This document shows, one piece after another, positions 54,261-64,000 of a stretch of DNA of 64,000 nucleotides. The notes below the pieces were generated by a model. The model searched no databases. It had not been told where the DNA came from and saw nothing but the letters and a program-made list of their open reading frames with translations. The position numbers were made by a program, and so were the translations under genes. The first letter of the stretch is position 1; every line of letters starts with the position of its first letter. This DNA is from Epiperipatus broadwayi (taxonomy: Eukaryota; Animalia; Onychophora): NCBI GenBank assembly GCA_028023455.1, contig JAQFVV010000008.1, positions 5,146,001-5,210,000 on the forward strand, in the 5' to 3' direction.

Positions 54261-56249
54261 TTACTCTGCTTATTATAGCCAGAAAAAAAGTAAAATTTAA
54301 TTTAACATTATTTTTCAAAATAAAATTCCTTTACATTTTCAACTTTTATTAATTTTGAAATGCATTTTTTCCAAACGTCAAGTAAATTTGTTATTATTTA
54401 TAAAATAAAAACAGCAGAATACGTTTTGTTTGAAGAAGAATGGCCTAAGAAAAAATTATCTTTTTTTAATGTTTACTTTTATAAGTGTTAATTTTGTTTA
54501 ACATTATTAAATATTTTTATTTGTATGAGTTTTAAAATTAAATTTGTATTGTAATTTCTGTGGAAGTTTTCGTCAACAAGCAGTAATTAATAACCTACTG
54601 AGTATTAACATTATTGAGTAGCCATAATTTCTGAGTTGGAGAGTCAACAGATGAAAATTTTACGATTGTTGTCTGTTTTGTGCTATATGTTATCCAAATA
54701 TTCATTTCCATAATGGACCAAAAATAATTATTTTCTTTTTTAAACTTTAGTTTTACGTTTTCTGCTTAATATTTTGAAAATATGGAATACATCTTTTTTG
54801 CTTTCAAAGTATAGGTTTATATATGCATTCCGAAATTACTTATGTAATTTCTATTAATAAAAGAATATCCATTTATATCATTGGTATAGTCATCATCAAT
54901 GGAAAAGCTAGAATTTTTAGGTCATTAGGCAGAACTAAAATAGGCCTTTTTAAGTATTTGTAATATATGCTTAATGTTTTTTTAAATATAAACAATAACA
55001 AAAACATGTAAAAGCCAATGACCCTATGCATTGTCTTGGTTTGATTTACAATGGATATACCACTGGTTAGCATATTTAACTGTCATGCCCTTGTGACCTA
55101 ATAACAAAATTAGCATTAAGTTTAGCAATTTTTCAGGGTCCAAATATATTCGATATTTTTCTCTTAGGTAGTGTATTTATAAGCAACTCATATAACCTTT
55201 AAATTATAAGAATCATTTCATATATATATTGAACACCTTACAATTTCTTTATTTGTCTTATTATTTAAGTTAACAGTTACAAATGTTTAATTGTCTATCT
55301 TCTTTCGTCATTTTATCTTATTGCACAAAAATCATAGCCAATTTTAAAAATATATATTATTTTATGAATAAACAGTTTAAGCATTGAATTATTGGTTGGT
55401 AAATGGAACTTATAGTCATTCAACTAAAAGATAAAGCAAGAAAGAAAAACTGTTGTATATTAATTGAGGCAAATCTATTGTTTTTTAGCATTATTAATAA
55501 AATATGGGAAATTTCTCACAATATTTGTAAATTTCCTTGGCATACAATATATACAAAAAAAAGACAAGATCATTTATATCAAAAAGAAAGTCAGTAATAA
55601 ACTTACTTGCAAACTCATGCGTCCATATCTTGGCAGATTATGTTGTCAAATGAATATATTTACATGTATTAGGAGTTATTTTACCATTTAAATATACACA
55701 TTATTACCATATATAGTGATCATCAAAGAGTGATGGTGTATATTAGCTAATTAAATTTGCAATTACCACTACTCTGATATATCATTCTTAGTATATTGGA
55801 ATAAATTTCCTTAGAAAAACCAGCACTTATAATTCATAGTAGGTAAGTTCAAATAATCTTGAGAATAACTATACTGTTGTTGTCACATTATTAACTGAAT
55901 AATCAATTTACTACCATGTATAATAATTACCAGTTGTGAGATAATTTTATACAAGCTAATTAACATTTGCACATTATCATTACTGTGATTATATGATTCT
56001 CTTTACTTACTGTCTTTAGAGCAGAGAGAATTCTTTTGGGAAATTTGTAATAGTGAATAATAGAGGAACATATGGTAATTATTTACCCATTACTATTAGT
56101 TGTTTTATTTACACAACAGGACAATAATTATTTCCTTCTTTGCTTATTTCACATCCCAAAATAAGAAGAGTTTACAACTAACCATGTTTATTTAATCATC
56201 TCAACATTGCTAGATAAATTGAGTGAGCTCTCTGTAGTTCTGTCTCCAG

Positions 56250-57350
56250 AAAAAAAAACATATTGTAATTGGTATTTTGGTAGTTTTCCACTTCTTCTGC
56301 TGCCAGGAATCTTAATTGGGCAATGCTTCTATGGCTGGTGCTGATGAAGTTGGGCATGGTCTAAATCTTATAACTGCTACTCTCTGGAAGTATTAGAAAG
56401 ATTTTCTGATAGTCACCTCTCAACAGATTTAATCAAAATGCAATTGATATATACAACATCTATTAATCTGACTTTCTGATGTTTTCATTATTAGGAAATG
56501 GTCACTTCTTCTAATGCTACTTTTGCTGGAATCCAATACTGACAGCATCTAAATAATATTTTTATCTCTATTTGAAGTTTTTATAATTTTTTGTATCATT
56601 TTTAATGTATTATTTAGGCTTACAATTACATAACTTAGTTTTCAGAATGTGTTTCATTAAAATTTCGATTGATTTATTATGAACCATTGATAGAGAGCTA
56701 TCTGTTGTACCAACAACATTCTGCTAAGCCATTCCTCCAATCACTTGCAGCTGTTTTTTTTTTTTTGGGGGGGGGGGGTGAGTTTTCTTCAGAATCCTAC
56801 ATCTTTCATTCAGTCTGTCTATTGCTTATGAGATGTAATATTGGTGATATGTAGAGGCTGTTTCATTATTGAAACAATAGCCCTAATACATGGCTGATAT
56901 TTTTTCACTGTTTAATGATGGTCTGATGTATTAAAATATAAATCATTTGTAACAGTGAGAAAATTTTTGTCTTTTCATGAACTAGAATGATCATTGTAAT
57001 TCTTTTACTCAAGACTTAAATCTTGTTTTTGTAGACAGGTTTTTGTTAATTTGATGTTCCTGATAGGGATGAGTTTATGATTCTACATTGAATCTATAGC
57101 AAGTCACAAAACATCTGACTTAACTAGCATCTTCATTTTACTAAAAATTTACATTTAAGTAAAAATTTTATTAGTGGGCTCTTGACTGGAGAAATATCCC
57201 ATAAATATGCATTTATTTTTAATGGCCTGTGTTTGTCTTTCTCACTCAAAAGGTTTTGTATAAATTTTTTAGTTGTTAAGTGGTCACTTTATGGACATCC
57301 ATTTTTTCAATAACTGAAACCCCTAGTCATTTAACAGTGCAATGGCATTA
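56250..57350 (-). mobile_element. Probable heavily decayed LINE ORF2 fragment
   Basis: GFQQK and DVVYI remnants in RT order on the minus strand; weak. Confidence 0.4.
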
Positions 57351-57796
57351 CTTTAATATGATTGCCATTTTTAAGCCGATTATTAATTATTTATTTTTAT
57401 TTCAAATTCAGTTACACCTATTGAGTATATAGCAATAAGAATTTCTTTTATCTCCACATGTTGCATTTTGAAATTGTACACATTCAGAAAAATAGCATTT
57501 TATTATGTTGTGTAAAGTATGCTGTGGAATATTTTTTAATACTATATATATATGTGTGTGTGTGTAATATAAAAATCAATATCTTTTGAATATACACTAA
57601 AAGAATATAATTTATATAAATTGTACTGTATTTTGATATATATATTGATTTGTATATTACATATATTGTGAAACGAATACAGATATCAAACTTTATATAT
57701 ATATCCACAGATGGCGTCCTACCAAAAACACCTATCAAGCGTATATTTCGTTTACATAAACGTCAGAGTAGTTAGTATTCACTATCTCTAACTATA

Positions 57797-57854
57797 ATTC
57801 CACTTTCAGATCATGATTTCAAGCTATTTGCTATCGTCAGTGAAAGACAGGAAT
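57797..57854 (-). ncRNA. Minimal Type I hammerhead ribozyme
   Basis: Reverse complement of the motif at 58483-58540. Confidence 0.8.
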
Positions 57855-58205
57855 AAAGAAACTAGATCTAAATACAAACTCTGAGCGTTTATGAAACAAT
57901 TTCTATTCAGCTTGCAAGCGTGAATTTTTTAGACACGTAATGTCTTCAAACTCAGCATAGCAAACCAGATAGCTATATGGGTCTGATCTCAGTTCAGCAT
58001 CACCATATAGTAGAAGCCTCTGCAATCTATATCATTGCAAGAAAGACCTCAAAGGTACATTTATGATAAACAAAAATGCAAGTTAAAAAACTTGCTAACG
58101 CTTGTATTTATGTCCACAGATGGCGTCCTACCAAAAACACCTATCAAGCGTATATTTCGTTTACATAAACGTCAGAGTAGTTAGTATTCACTATCTCTAA
58201 CTATA

Positions 58206-58263
58206 ATTCCACTTTCAGATCATGATTTCAAGCTATTTGCTATCGTCAGTGAAAGATAGGAAT
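58206..58263 (-). ncRNA. Minimal Type I hammerhead ribozyme
   Basis: As above; one substitution in the helix I internal loop only. Confidence 0.8.
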
Positions 58264-58482
58264 AAAGAAACTAGATCTAAATACAAACTCTGAGCGTTTA
58301 TGAAACAATTTCTATTCAGCTTGCAAGCGTGAATTTTTTAGACACGTAATGTCTTCAAACTCAGCATAGCAAACCCATATGCTGAGTTTGAAGACATTAC
58401 GTGTCTAAAAAATTCACGCTTGCAAGCTGAATAGAAATTGTTTCATAAACGCTCAGAGTTTGTATTTAGATCTAGTTTCTTT

Positions 58483-58540
58483 ATTCCTGTCTTTCACTGA
58501 CGATAGCAAATAGCTTGAAATCATGATCTGAAAGTGGAAT
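58483..58540 (+). ncRNA. Minimal Type I hammerhead ribozyme (predicted cleavage after AUC at 58528)
   Basis: Helix I CUUUCA/UGAAAG plus AUUCC/GGAAU; core CUGACGA; helix II AGC-AAAUA-GCU with U.U at its base; GAAA; helix III AU-CAUG-AU; C17. Confidence 0.85.
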
Positions 58541-58889
58541 TATAGTTAGAGATAGTGAATACTAACTACTCTGACGTTTATGTAAACGAAATATACGCTT
58601 GATAGGTGTTTTTGGTAGGACGCCATCTGTGGACATAAATACAAGCGTTAGCAAGTTTTTTAACTTGCATTTTTGTTTATCATAAATGTACCTTTGAGGT
58701 CTTTCTTGCAATGATATAGATTGCAGAGGCTTCTACTATATGGTGATGCTGAACTGAGATCAGACCCATATAGCTATCTGGTTTGCTATGCTGAGTTTGA
58801 AGACATTACGATCTAAAAATTCACGCTTGCAAGCTGAATAGAAATTGTTTCATAAACGCTCAGAGTTTGTATTTAGATCTAGTTTCTTT

Positions 58890-58947
58890 ATTCCTGTCTT
58901 TCACTGACGATAGCAAATAGCTTGAAATCATGATCTGAAAGTGGAAT
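58890..58947 (+). ncRNA. Minimal Type I hammerhead ribozyme
   Basis: Identical to 58483-58540. Confidence 0.85.
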
Positions 58948-59298
58948 TATAGTTAGAGATAGTGAATACTAACTACTCTGACGTTTATGTAAACGAAATA
59001 TACGCTTGATAGGTGTTTTTGGTAGGACGCCATCTGTGGACATAAATACAAGCGTTAGCAAGTTTTTTAACTTGCATTTTTGTTTATCATAAATGTACCT
59101 TTGAGGTCTTTCTTGCAATGATATAGATTGCAGAGGCTTCTACTATATGGTGATGCTGAACTGAGATCAGACCCATATAGCTATCTGGTTTGCTATGCTG
59201 AATTTGAAGACATTACGTGTCTAAAAAATTCACGCTTGCAAGCTGAATAGAAATTGTTTCATAAATGCTCAGAGTTTGTATTTAGATCTAGTTTCTTT

Positions 59299-59356
59299 AT
59301 TCCTGTCTTTCACTGACGATAGCAAATAGCTTGAAATCATGATCTGAAAGTGGAAT
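59299..59356 (+). ncRNA. Minimal Type I hammerhead ribozyme
   Basis: Identical to 58483-58540. Confidence 0.85.
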
Positions 59357-59707
59357 TATAGTTAGAGATAGTGAATACTAACTACTCTGACGTTTATGTA
59401 AACGAAATATACGCTTGATAGGTGTTTTTGGTAGGACGCCATCTGTGGACATAAATACAAGCGTTAGCAAGTTTTTTAACTTGCATTTTTGTTTATCATA
59501 AATGTACCTTTGAGGTCTTTCTTGCAATGATATAGATTGCAGAGGCTTCTACTATATGGTGATGCTGAACTGAGATCAGACCCATATAGCTATCTGGTTT
59601 GCTATGCTGAGTTTGAAGACATTACGTGTCTAAAAAATTCACGCTTGCAAGCTGAATAGAAATTGTTTCATAAACGCTCAGAGTTTGTATTTAGATCTAG
59701 TTTCTTT

Positions 59708-59765
59708 ATTCCTGTCTTTCACTGACGATAGCAAATAGCTTGAAATCATGATCTGAAAGTGGAAT
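59708..59765 (+). ncRNA. Minimal Type I hammerhead ribozyme
   Basis: Identical to 58483-58540. Confidence 0.85.
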
Positions 59766-60116
59766 TATAGTTAGAGATAGTGAATACTAACTACTCTGAC
59801 GTTTATGTAAACGAAATATACGCTTGATAGGTGTTTTTGGTAGGACGCCATCTGTGGACATAAATACAAGCGTTAGCAAGTTTTTTAACTTGCATTTTTG
59901 TTTATCATAAATGTACCTTTGAGGTCTTTCTTGCAATGATATAGATTGCAGAGGCTTCTACTATATGGTGATGCTGAACTGAGATCAGACCCATATAGCT
60001 ATCTGGTTTGCTATGCTGAGTTTGAAGACATTACGTGTCTAAAAAATTCACGCTTGCAAGCTGAATAGAAATTGTTTCATAAACGCTCAGAGTTTGTATT
60101 TAGATCTAGTTTCTTT

Positions 60117-60174
60117 ATTCCTGTCTTTCACTGACGATAGCAAATAGCTTGAAATCATGATCTGAAAGTGGAAT
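60117..60174 (+). ncRNA. Minimal Type I hammerhead ribozyme
   Basis: Identical to 58483-58540. Confidence 0.85.
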
Positions 60175-60525
60175 TATAGTTAGAGATAGTGAATACTAAC
60201 TACTCTGACGTTTATGTAAATGAAATATACGCTTGATAGGTGTTTTTGGTAGGACGCCATCTGTGGACATAAGTACAAGCGTTAGCAAGTTTTTTAACTT
60301 GCATTTTTGTTTATCATAAATGTACCTTTGGGGTCTTTCTTGCAATGATATAGATTGCAGAGGCTTCTACTATATGGTGATGCTGAACTGAGATCAGACC
60401 CATATAGCTATCTGGTTTGCTATGCTGAGTTTGAAGACATTACGTGTCTAAAAAATTCACGCTTGCAAGCTGAATAGAAATTGTTTCATAAACGCTCAGA
60501 GTTTGTATTTAGATCTAGTTTCTTT

Positions 60526-60583
60526 ATTCCTGTCTTTCACTGACGATAGCAAATAGCTTGAAATCATGATCTGAAAGTGGAAT
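60526..60583 (+). ncRNA. Minimal Type I hammerhead ribozyme
   Basis: Identical to 58483-58540. Confidence 0.85.
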
Positions 60584-60934
60584 TATAGTTAGAGATAGTG
60601 AATACTAACTACTCTGACGTTTATGTAAATGAAATATACGCTTGATAGGTGTTTTTGGTAGGACGCCATCTGTGGACATAAATACAAGCGTTAGCAAGTT
60701 TTTTAACTTGCATTTTTGTTTATCATAAATGTACCTTTGAGGTCTTTCTTGCAATGATATAGATTGCAGAGGCTTCTACTATATGGTGATGCTGAACTGA
60801 GATCAGACCCATATAGCTATCTGGTTTGCTATGCTGAGTTTGAAGACATTACGTGTCTAAAAAATTCACGCTTGCAAGCTGAATAGAAATTGTTTTATAA
60901 ACGCTCAGAGTTTGTATTTAGATCTAGTTTCTTT

Positions 60935-60992
60935 ATTCCTGTCTTTCACTGACGATAGCAAATAGCTTGAAATCATGATCTGAAAGTGGAAT
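60935..60992 (+). ncRNA. Minimal Type I hammerhead ribozyme
   Basis: Identical to 58483-58540. Confidence 0.85.
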
Positions 60993-61199
60993 TATAGTTA
61001 GAGATAGTGAATACTAACTACTCTGACGTTTATGTAAACGAAATATACGCTTGATAGGTGTTTTTGGTAGGACGCCATCTGTGGACATAAATACAAGCGT
61101 TAGCAAGTTTTTTAACTTGCATTTTTGTTTATCATATATATATATAGTAGCAGTTTTTATCAGTTTGCGAAATAAAAGATAAACATATTGACAAAAATT

Positions 61200-63200
61200 C
61201 TTAATGCCTGTAATGAAAGCCAAGAATTATTGGTCTATTTGGGAATAGTTTATTTTTAGCCCTAAGAAGAGTGTGTAACATAAATGTAATGTAAGAATCA
61301 TTTTTACCTATGACTGTTCTGACATATATTGGTGAAGTGCCACATATAAATACTAATTGCAATCTAAGATTACAATGGAATAGTCCTTTCACATTGAAAT
61401 ATTAACATTTGAACTTGTCAACAGTTTAATAATGTTCAATAACTTACATCTTTTCAGCTATTTTATTTAGTAATTGCTATAATGGTTCAGCTGAGTATGT
61501 TTTATTCTAAATAAAATTATAATCATATTTCATGAGTCCCAGAACAAGACTCTTTCTGTTTATGGAGGTTTGGCTCTCTAAATGACTTTTGTTGGAAAAA
61601 CTTAGCCTGCTCTATAACTTTAAAGCCAAGAAAAGCTATTCTTTTGTTTCCAACCTATTAGAACTTAAACATCAACATTTAGCATACATTTATCAAAATA
61701 AAATATAGTCTAGATATTCCAGTTGCAAGTTGATCAACTATTTTTTTGAGTTTATAAATGACAATTTCTAATGCTCTGTGGCTTCATCATCTATGATAAT
61801 TGAAGGTAGAGATTGTTGAAGTCTATTTGCAAAAACACTCTGAAGAAGAATAACTACCAAATAAATGTTTTATTTGTAATGAAATAATAATCCCTGATAA
61901 GATATATCTCATGACTACTTTAAATAATCACTATTGTATGAGGAATCCATTTAGAATTAGATTTAAATTTATTTTCAACTCCTTACTTTAGTTCTCAAAG
62001 CAAATACTCACAGAGCTCTTAACTCCATAATCTTATATTCTCAGTTCAAAAACTGTGGCATATTATTTTTTAAAATGTTAGTCCAGTAAAGCCTTTTTTC
62101 ATACTAATTAAAATTATGGCCCATTAAAAGAAATCAAATGTAATTGTGTTCAGAATCTTTCTGACTTTACTTTTCTGTCTTCTCCAAGAACATGATTAGC
62201 TTATTATCCTGATCATAGATTTTTGAAGTCAGCTGGAGGTCCATCTTTTGATCTCTACTTGTCTTTACCCAACAGTTTTTTAAAGTAATGGAGACTGCTG
62301 AGACATTACCAATCTAAATTGTTGTTGAAGTGCCAATAATGACAATTAGTAACTTGAAGGTTGGACTTTTGTTTGCTCTTTAACAGTTATTACATTTGTC
62401 TTGCTTAACAGCTGTTAATTTGTTTTTTATATATATTCACCTACATTTTTTCGACAAAGTGGCATATTTTATGCAGCCTATATAATAACTGAAATGATAA
62501 TTTGTCTTCATATGTTATCACTGAATGACTGCTTAACCTTTAGTCCAATGATAATAATTTTTCTTGCTTACATAACAATAATTCTTTTGACTTTTTTATT
62601 TTAAAATGACAATAGATTCATGATTTATCCATTACCCTGGTTTTTTCTAAGTCCTGATTTTAGTAAGAGTACAGCTTTTTTTCAGTGTTTTTTATCTTAT
62701 GGATATATGTGAGATGGCTGATACAAATTCTGTCAATGTTTACAAGAAACTCAATTGTCAGTTTGTAGGCATTCATACCACATGTGAACTAACCCTCTAA
62801 CTTTTCAGTGAGAAAATCTTAAAATTATGGTAAATTCCTCTTGGTTGCAAAAGTTAAACATACCTTTTGCATCTTAATTAGAATTTTTAGTTAAAGAACT
62901 TATTTAGAAAACTTGGAGCCTTACAAAAAATTAACTTAGGGGAATGACCCTAACATTGCTTGTTATAATATAATCTGATAAATTACAGACCCACACACAT
63001 TTAGTTCTAACTATTTTTAGAGTCCATGAAAAATTGAAATTTGTATAGATAAAGAGGTTAGTTTCCCAGGAACTCTGAATCAAATTCTTCAAGTGGTCTA
63101 TTCAAGTCATGGTAACACTTTCAAGTCTAAATGCAATATACTAAGGCTGGTGCTGTACATCAAATTATTTTTCAATCTCAAATAATGATATAAATAGATT
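61200..63200 (-). mobile_element. Heavily decayed non-LTR retrotransposon ORF2 (APE to RT C-terminus)
   Basis: EFDSEFLGN (APE start), VFANRLQQSLPSII (RT), LRLQLVFICGTSPIY (RT C-terminal) remnants in the correct order. Confidence 0.5.
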
Positions 63201-64000
63201 GATAAATATTGTTAACATATTTTAGGAATTTATTCAATTTAGAAATATTAACAAATACATTAACCTCACACAGCATTTATTAGACTATTTGATATATAGT
63301 AAACAAAAAAAACAAGATTATTTAGGTCAGAGAGAAATCACTAATAAACTCCTTCATAAACCAAAAGTTCTGTGTCACTGCAGCTACCATTGCCACTTGA
63401 TTTATGGCCCCTTGAGTACTTATATATTGATATTCACATTTTTACTAATGTATACTAATCATACATTATCTGTGTAATGTCATATACTAGCTAATTATAT
63501 TTTCTCATTATCGCTATTGTAACTCTACAAGGATTTACTTCTTTTATTATGTAATTATATTAACAGCATTCATTTGCTTCAAAAGAAAATAGTAGACTTA
63601 ATTCACTTAAACAATAACTAATTGAGTAATTCTTTCAACCTAAAAAAAGTCATATTCCTAGCTCTCAAACTTTGTGGCTAAGTTTAATTCAGAGAAAAGC
63701 ACAAAATTTGATAACTGATAGTTAATATATAAATTAGTTGATTTAGATATTCCACTTATGGGATAAAACAATACATAATTTTTTTTTGTTTATTGTGTAG
63801 GTATTGTTAGCAATGAATCATATCTTTTTAAAATTGTTTTTCCAATCATTGCATTCTTCATACACTTCTTTAATATTACATATATTAAAACTATTGCAAA
63901 TTCTATTTCATGTTCCAAGAACACAGACTTCACTTTAGGATATTTGTTGTAATTATAGCATACACTGACTATGTCTTAATATGGCTTTCAATGTTACTTT

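Larger units (their letters stand above)
57704..58368 (-). repeat. 409-bp repeat, inverted arm (about 1.6 units)
   Basis: TCCACAGATGGCG at 57704 and 58113 (period 409); reverse complement of the downstream array. Confidence 0.97.
58378..61135 (+). repeat. 409-bp tandem array (about 6.7 units), retrozyme-like
   Basis: CGCCATC at 58621, 59028, 59437, 59846, 60255, 60664, 61073; only a handful of differences between units. Confidence 0.97.

Noticed and set aside
53878-54318. 146-aa minus-strand ORF with poly-Ser
   Set aside because: Antisense of the RTE 3' end; the poly-Ser is the (GAT)n tail.
57704-61135. CRISPR-like or rDNA/5S interpretation of the 409-bp array
   Set aside because: Whole units are identical (no variable spacers), the context is eukaryotic, and no rRNA/tRNA sequence is recognisable.

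Overview
Very AT-rich, CpG-depleted eukaryotic (animal-like) DNA made almost entirely of mobile-element debris; no host protein-coding exon could be identified with confidence. Four main components. (1) A young 409-bp tandem array (57704-61135, about 8.4 units) in which every complete unit carries a minimal Type I hammerhead ribozyme with an intact core. It is arranged as a head-to-head inversion, runs into (TA)n at both ends, and has an old diverged relative at about 31.8-32.3 kb whose helix I shows compensatory changes. It looks like a Penelope-associated non-LTR retrozyme family. (2) A 9.5-kb block (43559-53088) of six long (TTA)n tracts, three near-identical 313-bp spacers and two divergent CR1/Jockey-group LINEs, each inserted in a TTA tract; one is near-intact with PHD-finger ORF1 and APE-RT ORF2. 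(3) Many decayed Penelope-like elements (RT + GIY-YIG), including three head-to-head inverted pairs. (4) Decayed RTE LINEs, hAT transposase remnants, a foldback MITE family and an unusual number of near-perfect hairpins. All homology calls are by eye from translated motifs; boundaries of decayed elements are approximate.
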